DNA from: an uncultured Clostridia bacterium
Lineage (GTDB): Bacteria; Bacillota; Clostridia; TANB77; CAG-508
DNA: 64,000 nt
Direction: 5' to 3'
NCBI GenBank assembly: GCA_934149165.1
Contig: CAKPDY010000006.1
Coordinates: 5,095 to 69,094 of the forward strand
Positions within the stretch are counted from its first letter, which is position 1. Each line of letters starts with the position of its first letter. A model generated the notes under the pieces. That model saw only the letters and a list, made by a program, of their open reading frames with translations, was not told the DNA's origin and did no database searches. The position numbers and the translations under genes are program-made. Shown piece by piece: positions 18,769 to 30,907 of the stretch.

Positions 18769-19497
18769 TTAAAATATAATTATAGCTGTAATATTGTCAT
18801 ATCCACCTTGTTCATTTGCTTTATTAACAAGAGTATTACAAGCCATATCCGGGTTTTCATTTATAATTTTAACTATGTCATCATCTTTAAGCATATTTGT
18901 TAATCCATCTGAACACATTAATAAAACATCATCTTTGAGAAAACCTTTAACCATAACATCTGGTTCAACAAAAGATGAACATCCTAGTGCTTTTATTAAC
19001 ATATTTTTTTTAGGATGATTATATGCTTCTTCTTTTGTTATTGTTCCATCTGATACTAATTTTTGAACATAACTATGGTCTGTTGTTAACTTTCTAAAAA
19101 AGTCCTTTCTTTTTCTATATACTCTACTATCACCAACATGACCTATATATACTTTATTTTGAATTATTAGGCAAATATCTATTGTGGTTCCCATATTTTC
19201 TAATTCTTCCATTTGTTTTGATTTTTCAAATATTACAAAATTTGCATACTCAATTGCACTTCTTAATAATTTAAGAACTTTTTCTTTGTCTTGCTCTATT
19301 TCTAAGTTATAGTTGTTATATATGTAACTCTTTGATGCTTCAACAGCCAATCTACTGGCTATTTCACCACCTTTATATCCTCCCATTCCATCAGCTATTA
19401 TGTATAATTTAATTTTATCTTCTGGTTTTGATATATAAAAATAGTCTTGATTCATTTCTCGTACTTTTCCAACATCTGTTTTTGCATAAACTTTCAT
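18769..19497 (-). CDS. stp: PP2C-family Ser/Thr phosphatase (Stp/PrpC)
   Basis: R..NQD, ADGMGG, HVGDSR, SDGL and DN.T motifs. It sits immediately upstream of prkC. Confidence 0.9.
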   Translation of the reverse strand: MKVYAKTDVGKVREMNQDYFYISKPEDKIKLYIIADGMGGYKGGEIASRLAVEASKSYIYNNYNLEIEQDKEKVLKLLRSAIEYANFVIFEKSKQMEELENMGTTIDICLIIQNKVYIGHVGDSRVYRKRKDFFRKLTTDHSYVQKLVSDGTITKEEAYNHPKKNMLIKALGCSSFVEPDVMVKGFLKDDVLLMCSDGLTNMLKDDDIVKIINENPDMACNTLVNKANEQGGYDNITAIIIF

Positions 19498-19654
19498 ACT
19501 TTTCCTCCTTATTATTGGCCATCTTTATGTATTTTTTATATATTAATATTATCTACTCTATTATTTGTTTTTGTAAATTTTATATAATTTATATATATAT
19601 TAATATTACAAATTTTACAACTATATTTTATATTAAATTTATATTTTTTACAAT

Positions 19655-20677
19655 CTATTTTAAATTTTTTCTTCTTAATTGCCCACAAGCTGCATCAATA
19701 TCTGAGCCAAGTTCTCTTCTTATTGTAGCAACAATTCCTTTTTCATTTAGATAATCTCTAAATTTTATTATATTTTCATTAGTACTTTTTACAAAAACTC
19801 CATTTTCAATTTTATTTATAGGAATTAAATTAACATGACATAACATTCCTTTTAATAATTTTGCTAATTCTTTAGCATCTTCTAGATTATCATTATTATC
19901 CTTTGCAAGTGCATATTCAAAAGATATTCTTCTATTTGTTATTTTTATATATTCTTTACATGCTTTTAATAATTCAGAAATATTGTACACATTGTTAACA
20001 GGCATCATCTTACTTCTTTTTTCGTCATTTGTAGCATGTAATGATATTGATAATGTACATTGTATATTTTCTTTTGCCAAATCATAAATTCTAGGAACTA
20101 ACCCACTTGTTGATACACTTATATGTCGTGCTCCTATATTTAGTCCTTTTTGATTATTTAATATTCTTATAGATTTTATAACATTATCATAATTATCAAG
20201 TGGTTCACCTATACCCATATATACTATATTTGAAATTTTTTCTCCAGTATCTTGTTCAACAGCTAATATTTGCTCCACTATTTCACCTGCAGACAAATTT
20301 CTTATAAAATTTATTCCTGTAGATGCACAAAATTTACATCCCATTTTACATCCTATTTGTGTTGATACACAAACAGTTTTTCCATGATGATATTGCATTA
20401 AAACAGTTTCAATTGCATTTCCATCTAATACATCAAATAAATATTTTTTAGTTCCATCTGATGATTCTTGTTTTTTTATAATTTTATAATTACATATTGT
20501 ATAATTTTCTTTTAATTTTTTCCTTAAATCTAATGATAGATTTGTCATTTCATCAAAACTTTTTACCTTTTCGACATATAGCCATTGAAAAACTTGCCCT
20601 GCCCTATATTTTTTTTCACCTATATTTTCAAATTCAATTTCTAAATCTTTTAAATCAAAATCCTTTATATTTTTCAT
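19655..20677 (-). CDS. rlmN: 23S rRNA/tRNA (adenine-C2)-methyltransferase, radical SAM
   Basis: YRA.Q...W, radical-SAM CxxxCxFC (GCKMGCKFCAS), and C-terminal DIDAACGQL. Confidence 0.9.
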   Translation of the reverse strand: MKNIKDFDLKDLEIEFENIGEKKYRAGQVFQWLYVEKVKSFDEMTNLSLDLRKKLKENYTICNYKIIKKQESSDGTKKYLFDVLDGNAIETVLMQYHHGKTVCVSTQIGCKMGCKFCASTGINFIRNLSAGEIVEQILAVEQDTGEKISNIVYMGIGEPLDNYDNVIKSIRILNNQKGLNIGARHISVSTSGLVPRIYDLAKENIQCTLSISLHATNDEKRSKMMPVNNVYNISELLKACKEYIKITNRRISFEYALAKDNNDNLEDAKELAKLLKGMLCHVNLIPINKIENGVFVKSTNENIIKFRDYLNEKGIVATIRRELGSDIDAACGQLRRKNLK

Positions 20678-20790
20678 AATTTAATCCTTTTCTTTTTATT
20701 TATAACATATTTTTATTTTAATAGCAAAATGAAAAGTAGTCTATATATACCTATAAACCACTTTTATTTTGTTGACCATCTTTTGTTAAG

Positions 20791-21051
20791 CTAATTTTTA
20801 GCACATATTATTTTATTTAGTTCTTTTATTGCTTGTTCTATTCCTGATAATCTCATTTCAAATATTTGGTTTGTCATATCAGCAATTTTATTATATTCTT
20901 GTAGTTTGTCTAATTTCTTCATATTAATTGTATGATTTTTATGTAATATCATTATTTCTTCTGTTTGATTGTATTGTATTTCTTCTACTGTTTTATTTAA
21001 TTCTTCGATTTGTTTTTCAAGTGTTTTTTTAGAAAAATTACATGTTTGCAT
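20791..21051 (-). CDS. hypothetical coiled-coil protein (86 aa)
   Basis: ORF only, with heptad-like charged sequence. Confidence 0.35.
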   Translation of the reverse strand: MQTCNFSKKTLEKQIEELNKTVEEIQYNQTEEIMILHKNHTINMKKLDKLQEYNKIADMTNQIFEMRLSGIEQAIKELNKIICAKN

Positions 21052-21187
21052 ATTATCACCCCTTCAAAAGCAAAATCTTCTATAACTATTGTACCATTAA
21101 AAATACATACAGTCAATAAAAAACAAACAAAAGTTTTGATTTTTGTTGTTATTTTTTTAATTTATAACCTGTTTAATTTTGCACCGT

Positions 21188-21230
21188 TAAAAAGAATAAC
21201 GAACATTTTCTATGTTCATTATTCTTTTTA
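21188..21230. terminator. Rho-independent terminator
   Basis: Stem aagaataacgaacat/atgttcattattctt flanked by A/T runs, downstream of the AIM24-like gene. Confidence 0.7.
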
Positions 21231-21330
21231 TAAAATACATATTACTAATTTACTAATTATATTTTTATTGAAAAATTTAAAAAATAGTTTTTCTGTAATT
21301 AATGAATTCAATTTTAAATTATTGTAAATA

Positions 21331-22014
21331 CTAATTTTTATTTGGAATTAAAGCTATGATTTTCCCTGCAAAATCTGCAAAATTTTGAGATTGAATAATT
21401 ACTCTTCCAGGTCCAACTAATCTTGTTAAAAATAATCCTTCTCCACCTAAAAATATATTTCCTAATCCTTTAACAGTTTCAATTTCATATGATACACTTG
21501 GCTCGAAACCTACAACATTCCCTGTATCTACTTTTAAAACTTCACCTGGTGCTAGATTTTTTACAACTGGATCTCCATCTACTTCTAAGAAAAGCATTCC
21601 ATTTCCTGTTGCTTTTTGTAGTATAAATCCTTCTCCTCCAAAAAATCCTGCTGAAAATCTTTTTGTAAATGCAATACTTAATTCAACATTTGGTTCTGCT
21701 GCTAAGAAAGCACCTTTTTGAACCATAAATCCATTTGGCAATTCACCAACATTTACAGGCATAATAGCTCCTGGAACCGTTGTTGCAAACGCAATTTTGG
21801 CATTTTCTCTTTCAGAAGTGTATGTTGACATAAATATAGATTCTCCTGTAAACATTCTTCCTAAACTTTTCATAATTCCGCCTTTTGCATTTGTAGACAT
21901 TTTTATTCCATCAGTTTGCCATGTCATTCCACCTCTTTGAGTATACATTGCTTCTCCTGGATTTAGCGTAACTTCTACACTTGGTACAGTATTTCCAATA
22001 ATTTCATATTTCAT
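21331..22014 (-). CDS. TIGR00266/AIM24 (DUF124) family protein
   Basis: MKYEIIG....VEV.L..GE....RGGM.W ... GEG....L.G.G.V..Q is the family pattern. AGGAGG precedes the ATG at 22014. Confidence 0.7.
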   Translation of the reverse strand: MKYEIIGNTVPSVEVTLNPGEAMYTQRGGMTWQTDGIKMSTNAKGGIMKSLGRMFTGESIFMSTYTSERENAKIAFATTVPGAIMPVNVGELPNGFMVQKGAFLAAEPNVELSIAFTKRFSAGFFGGEGFILQKATGNGMLFLEVDGDPVVKNLAPGEVLKVDTGNVVGFEPSVSYEIETVKGLGNIFLGGEGLFLTRLVGPGRVIIQSQNFADFAGKIIALIPNKN

Positions 22015-22102
22015 AAAATTCCTCCTTATGTTTTTTTTACATTTCAATTATATATTAACATTTAGTATTTTTCAACATAAAATATTAAAATTTAATAACC
22101 TA

Positions 22103-22150
22103 AAAAAATGCTTTGATTTATGCAAAACACATAAATTAAAGCATTTTTTT
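22103..22150. terminator. Rho-independent terminator
   Basis: 17-bp stem aaatgctttgatttatg/cataaattaaagcattt with one mismatch, followed by a T-run. Confidence 0.7.
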
Positions 22151-22151
22151 A

Positions 22152-22937
22152 TTATATTTTTCCTCTAACATATTCATAAATCATAATTCCAGCAGCAACA
22201 CCTGCATTTAAACTTTCTGTTTTACCAAGCATAGGAATTTTAACCTTTTTATCTGCTAAATCTTGTACTTCTTTTGATACACCATTTGCTTCATTTCCAA
22301 TTACAACAACCTTTTTGTTATATTGTATATTATAAATATTATTATTGGTATCTAAAGATGTTACAATAACTTCAAAACCATTATCTTTCATTTCTTTTAA
22401 TGTTTTTATAATGTTATTTGTTCTAACAATATTAACCCTAAAAATCCCTCCCATAGTTGATCTAACAACCTTTGGATTATATTGGTCTGCTGTTTCTTTT
22501 GAAATTACTATTTGTTTTAATCCTGCACTATCTACGGTTCTTAATATAGTTCCAAGATTTCCTGGGTCTTGTATTCCATCTAATACTACTATAAAATCTT
22601 CACTATAATCTATATTTATATTATCTGTTTTTCTATTTATAACTGCCAAAATTCCCTGAGGGTTTGAAACATCTGAAAGTGTATTAAATATTTTTTCTGT
22701 TACGTATATACATTTATATCTTGCAATTTCATATAATAGTTTCTTATCAATAGATTCATTATTAATACAATCTTCGCAAACAATTATATTCTCTATATCA
22801 GCCTTTTCTTCAATAGCTTCTGCTACAAGTTTTATTCCTTCTATTATGAACTGATTATTATTATCACGAAATTTTTTTTCTTTTAATTTTTTTATATTTT
22901 TTACAAGTTCATTATCTTTACTTGTTATTACTTGCAT
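22152..22937 (-). CDS. TrmH/SpoU-family RNA 2'-O-methyltransferase
   Basis: DG.QDPGNLGTI.R. and IGNE..G.......IPM.G..ESLN motifs. Confidence 0.85.
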   Translation of the reverse strand: MQVITSKDNELVKNIKKLKEKKFRDNNNQFIIEGIKLVAEAIEEKADIENIIVCEDCINNESIDKKLLYEIARYKCIYVTEKIFNTLSDVSNPQGILAVINRKTDNINIDYSEDFIVVLDGIQDPGNLGTILRTVDSAGLKQIVISKETADQYNPKVVRSTMGGIFRVNIVRTNNIIKTLKEMKDNGFEVIVTSLDTNNNIYNIQYNKKVVVIGNEANGVSKEVQDLADKKVKIPMLGKTESLNAGVAAGIMIYEYVRGKI

Positions 22938-22997
22938 TTTCAAGCACACTCCCTTTATTTTTATTTAACAAAAACTTATGTATGTATTAATTTTTTA

Positions 22998-25900
22998 TTA
23001 TTTTTCATCTTTCCAAAATTTTAAAAAATCAATAACTTCCTCTAATTGCTTAATCTCACCATTTGATTTGCTTTTTAAAGTAATATATGGCTCTTTACCA
23101 GGTGAAAAACTAATTTGATTTTTATATTTTTCAATTACCTTATTTACCATATTAATATCAAACTTTTTAGCATCAAAATAAAATACAAAATTATCTTTTC
23201 TTTTAGTTAATTTTAAAATATTTAAAAATCTACACATTTCTTTAATACGAACAATGTCAAATAAATTTTCTATTTCAGCTGGCATATTTCCATATCTATC
23301 TATAAGTTCATCTATAACATTTGCAATATCTTGTTCAGTTCTACACAATGCTATAGATTGATAAATTTCAATTTTTTGACTAGAATCACTAATATATTCA
23401 TCTGGAATATATGTTGAAATATTTAAGTCTATTTGTACATCTATTTCTTCTTGAACTTCTATTCCTTGCATTTCTTTTATAACTTCATCTAGTAATTTAC
23501 AATACATTTCATAACCAACTTGTTCCATATGACCATGTTGAATTTCACCAAGTAAACTACCTGCACCTCTTATCTCTAAATCCCTCATTGCAATTTTAAA
23601 ACCTGAACCGAATTCTGTAAATTCTTTTATTGCTTTTAAGCGTTTATCTGCAACTTCTGATAGCATTTTATCTGGCTTATATGTTATATATGCATATGCT
23701 TGTTTATCTGCTCTACCTACTCTACCTCTAATTTGGTATAATTGTGCTAATCCAAGCCTATCTGCATTTTCAACTATTATAGTATTAGCATTTGGAATAT
23801 CTATTCCAGATTCCAAAATTGTTGTACATACTAATACATTTGTTTTTTTATTAATAAAATCAATCATTATTTCTTCTATTTCTCTTCCTGACATTCTTCC
23901 ATTAGCAACACTAACTTTTGCTTCTGGAACAAGACTAGAAATTTCCATAGCTTTTTTTGTAATATTTTCTACATTATTAAATAAATAAAATACTTGACCA
24001 TTTCTTTCAATTTCTTTTATAATTGCTTCTTTAATTACATCTACATCATATTCTAATACATAAGTTTGAACTGGTTTTCTAATTTGTGGTGGTTCATAAA
24101 TTACAGACATATCTCTAACACCAACTATAGACATATGTAATGTTCTAGGAATTGGTGTTGCAGTCATTGTTAAAACATCTATATTATTTTTCAATTGTTT
24201 AATTTTTTCTTTAGCTTTTACTCCAAATCTATGTTCCTCATCTATAATTAATAATCCTAAATCTTTAAATTCCACATCATCACTAAGCATTCTATGTGTA
24301 CCTACTACAACATCAATATCACCCAATTTTAATTTTCTAACAATTTCTGCTTGTTGCTTTTGTGTTCTAAATCTATTTAATACTTCTACATTAATTGCAA
24401 AATCTTTCATTCTTTTTCTAAATTCTTCAAACTGTTGGTTTGCCAAAACAGTTGTTGGTACTAAATATGCAACTTGTTTATGATCCATTACAGCTTTAAA
24501 TGCTGCTCTTATTGCTACTTCTGTTTTTCCATATCCAACATCTCCACAAAGTAACCTATCCATTGGTTTACTTGATTCCATGTCTTTTTTTACTTCTTCT
24601 ATACAACGTAATTGATCTTCTGTTTCAACATATTCAAAATTTTCTTCAAATTGTTTTTGCCAATCTGTATCTTTGCTAAAAGCATATCCCGAAATTTTTT
24701 CCCTTTTTGCATATAATTCTATTAATTCTTTTGCTACTTCTCGTAAATTGTTTTTCACTCTTGTTTTTACTTTAGACCAATCTTTTCCACCTAATTTATA
24801 TATTTTAGGGCTACCTTCACCACCAACATATTTTCTAATTGTATCCATATTTGTTGTTGGAACATACAAAATATCATCATCTAAATATCTAATCTTTATA
24901 TAATCTTTTACAACATTATCTGCTTCAATAGTGTTTACACCAATATATTGACCAATACCATGTGAAGAATGAACTACATAGTCACCTATATTCAAATCTG
25001 CAAAAACTACTTTTTCTCCTTCTTTAAAGTCTTTTGCTACTTTTTTCTTTTTTACAGGAATACTTGTGAAAAAATCCTCACTTGAAATTACAAGCAAATT
25101 CAAGTCATAATCTTCAAACCCTGAAGTTAGTGCACCAGTTGTTATTAATACTTTTCCTTTTTCAAGTTTTTCTACTTTTTTTACAAAAATATTTTCTATA
25201 TTTTTGTCTTTTAACATAACCGAAATTTTTCTAGCATTTTCTTCGCTTCCACCAAGAATTAAAATGCTTTTTTGTTTTTTTATTGCATCATTTATTGTAA
25301 TACACATATTATCAATTTCATTTTTATAATACAAAACATCTCTATAATTAAAACTCCAATTTATGTTTGTAATTTTATTGCTTACAACATCATCTTTATA
25401 CAATAATATACTATCATTTCTACCTGTATTGTCCTCAATTTTTTTCAATAAATTTTCTTCTACATGTTGTTCATTGTTACTAAAATTATTATTTATATCT
25501 TTATAAGTTGATAAATTATTAATAATATCTGGAATGCTTTTTTCTTTTTCTAAAAGATTTCTAATTAAATTTTTATTTTCTATTATTATATTATCGATTC
25601 TTTGATTTATTTTTCCAAATTCATCTAAAACTATTACAAATTTATCTAAATATTCTAAAATATTTGATTTTTTACTATAAAAACTATTATAGTATTTATC
25701 TATTTTACTAATATAATCGCCTGAACGTATTACTTCCAAATCTTCTTTTAAATTAGTTTTATTTGTGTAATTATTTTGTTCAATTTTTTTTATTACTTCA
25801 TCTATTCCATATTCCAAAATGTATTCATGTGATGGATTTATTTGAATATCATCAAGCATTTCTACTGATCTTTGAGAAACAATATCAAATTTTCTTATTG

Positions 25901-26498
25901 AGTCTATATCATCTCCCCAAAGTTCTATTCTAACACCATATTTTTCTGAAACAGATATATCTACAATTCCACCTCTAATACTAAATTGTCCTCTTCCATC
26001 TATTAATTCTTTTCTTTCAAATCCTAAATCTACTAGTTTTTGTTTTAAATAATCTGTATTAATTGTATCTCCAACTTTTAATTTTATATCATTTTTATAT
26101 AACACATTTTTTGGTATCATATTTTGCATTATAGTTTCTATTGTAATTATTAAAATATCTACTTTATTATTATGTATATTGTTTAAAACTTGTATTCTTT
26201 CATATGGTAAATCTTTACTTTCAGCTATGTAATCATAAGTTACAATTTCTTTTTTTGGAAAAATTGCAATATTTTTATTAAAATACTCTAAGTCTTTTAG
26301 TAATCTTTTTGCTTGAATTTGATTATATGTTATTATACATATATTTTTATTTAAATTATTATTTAATGATGCTAAAATTTGAATTTTTCCCATATCAGAT
26401 AAGCCCGATAAACTTATCGGACTTTGTTTTGTTTTTATATGATTAATTATTTCTGAAAACTTTTTTGAATTTTCCAATTCATTTATTAGAATATTCAA
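22998..26498 (-). CDS. mfd: Transcription-repair coupling factor
   Basis: 1166 aa. CarD-like RID ([14 protein letters not shown]), SF2 helicase motifs ([41 protein letters not shown]) and a TRG region. Confidence 0.97.
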   Translation of the reverse strand: MNILINELENSKKFSEIINHIKTKQSPISLSGLSDMGKIQILASLNNNLNKNICIITYNQIQAKRLLKDLEYFNKNIAIFPKKEIVTYDYIAESKDLPYERIQVLNNIHNNKVDILIITIETIMQNMIPKNVLYKNDIKLKVGDTINTDYLKQKLVDLGFERKELIDGRGQFSIRGGIVDISVSEKYGVRIELWGDDIDSIRKFDIVSQRSVEMLDDIQINPSHEYILEYGIDEVIKKIEQNNYTNKTNLKEDLEVIRSGDYISKIDKYYNSFYSKKSNILEYLDKFVIVLDEFGKINQRIDNIIIENKNLIRNLLEKEKSIPDIINNLSTYKDINNNFSNNEQHVEENLLKKIEDNTGRNDSILLYKDDVVSNKITNINWSFNYRDVLYYKNEIDNMCITINDAIKKQKSILILGGSEENARKISVMLKDKNIENIFVKKVEKLEKGKVLITTGALTSGFEDYDLNLLVISSEDFFTSIPVKKKKVAKDFKEGEKVVFADLNIGDYVVHSSHGIGQYIGVNTIEADNVVKDYIKIRYLDDDILYVPTTNMDTIRKYVGGEGSPKIYKLGGKDWSKVKTRVKNNLREVAKELIELYAKREKISGYAFSKDTDWQKQFEENFEYVETEDQLRCIEEVKKDMESSKPMDRLLCGDVGYGKTEVAIRAAFKAVMDHKQVAYLVPTTVLANQQFEEFRKRMKDFAINVEVLNRFRTQKQQAEIVRKLKLGDIDVVVGTHRMLSDDVEFKDLGLLIIDEEHRFGVKAKEKIKQLKNNIDVLTMTATPIPRTLHMSIVGVRDMSVIYEPPQIRKPVQTYVLEYDVDVIKEAIIKEIERNGQVFYLFNNVENITKKAMEISSLVPEAKVSVANGRMSGREIEEIMIDFINKKTNVLVCTTILESGIDIPNANTIIVENADRLGLAQLYQIRGRVGRADKQAYAYITYKPDKMLSEVADKRLKAIKEFTEFGSGFKIAMRDLEIRGAGSLLGEIQHGHMEQVGYEMYCKLLDEVIKEMQGIEVQEEIDVQIDLNISTYIPDEYISDSSQKIEIYQSIALCRTEQDIANVIDELIDRYGNMPAEIENLFDIVRIKEMCRFLNILKLTKRKDNFVFYFDAKKFDINMVNKVIEKYKNQISFSPGKEPYITLKSKSNGEIKQLEEVIDFLKFWKDEK

Positions 26499-26608
26499 TT
26501 TCTATTCATTCCTTTCACTGTTTTCATTTTTTATTTATAATTATATTTATATTTCTATTTTACCAAAAAAATGTTCTTTAGTCAATGCATATTTTCTACT
26601 ATTTTCCA

Positions 26609-29600
26609 CTATTTTTCTACATTTTGCTCTCCAACAATATCAATAAACTCATTCAAAATTTCATTATTCATCAAAACTCCACCAGCAGAATCAACTTTAT
26701 TTCCATTTTTTATATCAATTCTACAATTATTTCTGTCTCCTGAAAAGAATCTTATTGCTCCACGAAGTTTTTCTTTTTGTTCTTCATTCAAATTAGTAAT
26801 ATTAATTTCTATAGATTTAATTCCTTTATTTATATTTTTTTCAGAATTTGCACCTTTTTCACTATTTTCCTTAAACGGTAAAATTTTATTAGCAACAATT
26901 TTTACATCTTCATCTTCCCTAATACTTAATCTACCCTCAACCAAAACAATACTTTCATCCATTAGAATATCTGAACACATTTGATAGCAATTCTCAAAAA
27001 CAATTATCTCACATTGTCCAAATAAATCTTCTATTGTTACAAAGGCCATAATTTTATTATTTTTAGTATATTTCTTTTTTACACTATTAATTATTCCAGC
27101 AATTCTAACAACTTGACCATCTCTATACTTAGGAACGTCTTCCATTATCTTGTCTTCCGTTTCTTGCAATTGTTTCATTTTCAAAGTATTTATATTTGTT
27201 TGCTCAGCAATTTGTTCTCTAAACTGTTCTAGCGGATGACCAGAAATATATAATCCTAGCATTTCTTTTTCCATTGATAAAAGTTCTTTTTCTGTATATT
27301 CTTTTAAAGTAGTATATTTATATTTCATTTTTTCAAGTTGATTTTCAACATTGTTATTTGAATTATCATTTTCATTTTTTTCAATATTATCTGTACCACC
27401 AAAAGCTAAATCAAACATTGTAACTTGCCCTTTAAAACTTTTTTTATTAGTATCAGCAATACTATCCAAAATATCTTCAAAAGATGCCATTAAAGTGCTT
27501 CTTGTTTGTTCAAATTCATCAAAAGCTCCTGCTTTTATTAGACTTTCTATACATTTTTTATTAACAGATTCACATTGCATTCTTTCACAAAAATCTGAAA
27601 AATCCTTGAATATACCATTTTCTTCACGATTTTTAACAATAGCATCTACAACTGCAGTTCCAACATTTTTTATACTTCCTAATCCAAATCTTATTTTTCC
27701 TTCATCAACTGTAAAACGAGTAAAACTTTTATTTATATCTGGTTTTAAAATTTGGATTCCCATTTTTCTACATTCATCTATATATAGTGGAACTTTATCT
27801 AAATTTCCTAAAAAGCTATTTAATGTTGCAGCCATAAATTCCTCTTTATAGTATGCTTTCAAATATGCTGTTCTATAAGATACAACTGCATAAGCAGCAG
27901 CATGCGATTTATTAAAAGCATATTTAGCAAATTCAGCCATTTCATCAAATATTGTATTTGCAGATTTTTCATCTATTCCGTTTCTGATGCAACCAGGAAT
28001 TATAACATTTCCATTTTCATCTGTTTGTCCATGTATAAAATATTCTCTTTCTTTTGCCATTACATCTAGTTTTTTCTTACCCATAGCACGACGAACTAAA
28101 TCAGCTCTACCTAAAGAATATCCTGCCAAATCTCTAACTATTTGCATAACTTGTTCTTGATATACCATACAACCATATGTTACTTCTAATATTGGTTTTA
28201 AAGCTGGATGAGTATACACAGCATGTTCTGGGTCTTGTTTATTTGCAATATATCTTGGAATTTGATCCATTGGACCAGGACGATATAATGAAACCCCTGC
28301 TATTATATCTTCTAAACAATCTGGTTTTAATTCTTTCATAAAGTTTGTCATACCTTGGCTTTCAAATTGGAATATTCCCATACTATCTCCATTTTGCCAA
28401 AGTTTATATACTTTAGGGTCATTCATTTCTCTATCAAAAGCAACATCTATTCCTCTATTTTGTTTTACTAAATTAATTGTATCTTGTATTACTGTTAATG
28501 TACGTAATCCTAAAAAATCCATTTTTAGTAAACCTAATTCTTCTAGTGTTGTCATTATAAATTGTGTAGATATTAAACCATCACGAACATATAATGGAAC
28601 ATATGTATCAACTGGTTCTTTTGTTATAACTATTCCACATGCATGTGTTGAAGCTTGTCTTGGTAGCCCCTCTAACCCCATAGCTATTTCTAATAATTTA
28701 TTTATTTCAGGATCATTTTCATAAAGTTCACTTAATTCTCTATTTTGTTCTAAAGCCTTTTTTATTGTGATATGTAATTCATTTGGTATCATTTTTGCAA
28801 GTTTATCTGTTTCGGCATATGGAATATCTAAAGCTCTTCCAACATCGCGAATTACCATCCTTGCAGACATTGTTCCAAAAGTTATAATTTGCGAAACATG
28901 GTCTTGTCCATATTTTCTTCCAACATAATCTATTACCTCTTGTCTTCTTTCATAGCAAAAATCGACATCAAAGTCAGGCATACTAATTCTTTCTGGATTT
29001 AAAAATCTTTCAAAAATCAAGCTGTATTTTATCGGATCTATATCTGTAATTCCTATTGCATATGCAACAATTGAGCCTGCACCAGAACCACGTCCTGGTC
29101 CAACTGGTATTCCTTGTGATTTGGCATAATTTATATAATCCCAAACTATTAAGAAATAATCAACATATCCCATCTTTTTTATTACTGATAATTCATATTC
29201 TGCTCTATCTAAAATTTCTTTTGTTACATTTTCTGCATACTTTATTTTAATACCATCATCACATAATTTTTTTAGATAATCAAAATGTGTTTCAAATTCT
29301 TCTGGTACATCATAATTTGGCAAAATTGTATGACCAAATTCAAAATCTACATTACATTTATTTGCTATTTCTACTGTGTTTTCTATTGCTTCTGGAATAT
29401 TTTTAAAATATTCAGACATTTCTTCAGGTGATTTTACATAAAAATCATCTGTTTCAAATTTCATTCTATCTTCATCAGTCATCCTTTTACCTGTTTGAAT
29501 ACATAGTAAAACTTCATGATTATAACTATCTTCTTTTTTTAAATAATGTGCATCATTTGTTGCAACTAGCTTAATTCCTAGTTTACGAGATAATTGTACT

Positions 29601-30166
29601 AATTTTTGATTAACTATAATCTGCTCTCTTAACGTATTAGCTTGAACTTCTAAATAGTAATCATCACCAAATAAGTTTTTATGCCATAATGCTACTTCTT
29701 CAGCTTTTTGGGGATTATCATGTAATAAATTTTGAGCTACTTCTCCTCCTAAACAGGCGCTACAACAAATTAAACCTTCATGATATTTTTCTAAAATTTC
29801 TTTATCTATACGAGGTTTATAATAATATCCATCTACAAAACCTAATGAAACCAACTTTGATAAATTTTTATATCCTTCATTATTTTTAGCTAATAGTATT
29901 AAGTGGTAATATTTATTATCAATATTAGGTTCTTTATCAAACCTTGTACGAGGTGCAACATATACCTCACATCCTATAATAGGCTTAACTCCATTTGCCT
30001 TACATGCTTTGTAAAAATCTATTACACCAAACATAACACCATGATCTGTAATTGCTATTGAATCCATTCCTAATTCTTTTGCCCTTACAGGTAAATCTTT
30101 TATTCTATTTGCTCCATCTAGTAAACTGAATTCACTATGTACGTGTAAATGTACAAAATTTGGCAT
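26609..30166 (-). CDS. dnaE: DNA polymerase III alpha subunit
   Basis: 1185 aa. PHP domain FVHLHVHSEFSLLDG..ITDHG, PDFDVDF polymerase active site, OB fold at the C-terminus. Confidence 0.97.
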   Translation of the reverse strand: MPNFVHLHVHSEFSLLDGANRIKDLPVRAKELGMDSIAITDHGVMFGVIDFYKACKANGVKPIIGCEVYVAPRTRFDKEPNIDNKYYHLILLAKNNEGYKNLSKLVSLGFVDGYYYKPRIDKEILEKYHEGLICCSACLGGEVAQNLLHDNPQKAEEVALWHKNLFGDDYYLEVQANTLREQIIVNQKLVQLSRKLGIKLVATNDAHYLKKEDSYNHEVLLCIQTGKRMTDEDRMKFETDDFYVKSPEEMSEYFKNIPEAIENTVEIANKCNVDFEFGHTILPNYDVPEEFETHFDYLKKLCDDGIKIKYAENVTKEILDRAEYELSVIKKMGYVDYFLIVWDYINYAKSQGIPVGPGRGSGAGSIVAYAIGITDIDPIKYSLIFERFLNPERISMPDFDVDFCYERRQEVIDYVGRKYGQDHVSQIITFGTMSARMVIRDVGRALDIPYAETDKLAKMIPNELHITIKKALEQNRELSELYENDPEINKLLEIAMGLEGLPRQASTHACGIVITKEPVDTYVPLYVRDGLISTQFIMTTLEELGLLKMDFLGLRTLTVIQDTINLVKQNRGIDVAFDREMNDPKVYKLWQNGDSMGIFQFESQGMTNFMKELKPDCLEDIIAGVSLYRPGPMDQIPRYIANKQDPEHAVYTHPALKPILEVTYGCMVYQEQVMQIVRDLAGYSLGRADLVRRAMGKKKLDVMAKEREYFIHGQTDENGNVIIPGCIRNGIDEKSANTIFDEMAEFAKYAFNKSHAAAYAVVSYRTAYLKAYYKEEFMAATLNSFLGNLDKVPLYIDECRKMGIQILKPDINKSFTRFTVDEGKIRFGLGSIKNVGTAVVDAIVKNREENGIFKDFSDFCERMQCESVNKKCIESLIKAGAFDEFEQTRSTLMASFEDILDSIADTNKKSFKGQVTMFDLAFGGTDNIEKNENDNSNNNVENQLEKMKYKYTTLKEYTEKELLSMEKEMLGLYISGHPLEQFREQIAEQTNINTLKMKQLQETEDKIMEDVPKYRDGQVVRIAGIINSVKKKYTKNNKIMAFVTIEDLFGQCEIIVFENCYQMCSDILMDESIVLVEGRLSIREDEDVKIVANKILPFKENSEKGANSEKNINKGIKSIEINITNLNEEQKEKLRGAIRFFSGDRNNCRIDIKNGNKVDSAGGVLMNNEILNEFIDIVGEQNVEK

Positions 30167-30417
30167 TATTATCTACTTCCTTTCTATTATTCTAAATTTT
30201 ATATCATACTTTCAATAGAATTTCAATCTATTGAAAAGATTATGTGGCTACAGCCATTATAGTTCAACACTTTTTCAATTATTTGCCTAAAAGCAAGAAT
30301 TAAATATGCAGGTATTACGTAACCCAAATAAAATATATTATTGTTCTAAAGTGTAGGTTTTTGTATATTTTTGTCAAAACTAGTCGACATATTATATTAA
30401 CTTTTTCTTATTTTGTA

Positions 30418-30446
30418 TTTACATTTCTCCATTTTACTGGTATAAT
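30418..30446 (+). promoter_or_regulatory. Near-consensus sigma-A promoter (TTTACA-17-TGgTATAAT)
   Basis: -35 at 30418-30423, 17-nt spacer, TG-extended -10 at 30441-30446, about 60 nt upstream of the AAAGGAGGA RBS of the 91-aa ORF. Confidence 0.6.
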
Positions 30447-30509
30447 AGATTTTGTGAAACATACAAAATGGAGTTACAATAACATCACTACAAAGGAGGA
30501 TTTTACACA

Positions 30510-30785
30510 ATGCCTATTGAAATTCCAAATATCAATGAGTTTGTACTCAATGATATTAAGTCAACTGTTAATAATAATAACAGTAACTTTTTGAAAATCA
30601 GTAATGCCAATCTTGAATTACTTAAAAATGTAACAGAGGTAATCTATCCTGATTGCATCCTTTACTTAGGAAACAAAATTTCAATCTGTTTTATTCAGTC
30701 ATATCTGCTGAAAAAAAACATAGAAATTTCCTCAATTGAAAGATGTATGTCACAAGAATTAAGCATTCTGAAGGTTACTTTTTAA
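30510..30785 (+). CDS. hypothetical protein (91 aa), orphan plus-strand gene
   Basis: Strong RBS AAAGGAGGA 9 nt upstream of the ATG, a promoter upstream and a terminator downstream. No recognisable domain. Confidence 0.55.
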   Translation: MPIEIPNINEFVLNDIKSTVNNNNSNFLKISNANLELLKNVTEVIYPDCILYLGNKISICFIQSYLLKKNIEISSIERCMSQELSILKVTF

Positions 30786-30836
30786 TTCAAACCTTAACTG
30801 AATTTTCAAAAACACAAAATTTTCACTTATGAATTT

Positions 30837-30884
30837 GAGACTTTATGAACAATACTAACTGTTCCATAAAGTCTCATATTTTTC
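30837..30884. terminator. Rho-independent terminator
   Basis: Stem gagactttatgaac/gttc(c)ataaagtctc followed by atattttt, between convergent genes. Confidence 0.7.
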
Positions 30885-30907
30885 ATATATGTAACAATTC
30901 AAATTTT

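Noticed and set aside
30361-30594. 77-aa ORF overlapping the promoter and start of the 91-aa gene.
   Set aside because: It has a TTG start without an RBS, spans the predicted -35/-10 elements, and overlaps the better-supported ORF out of frame.
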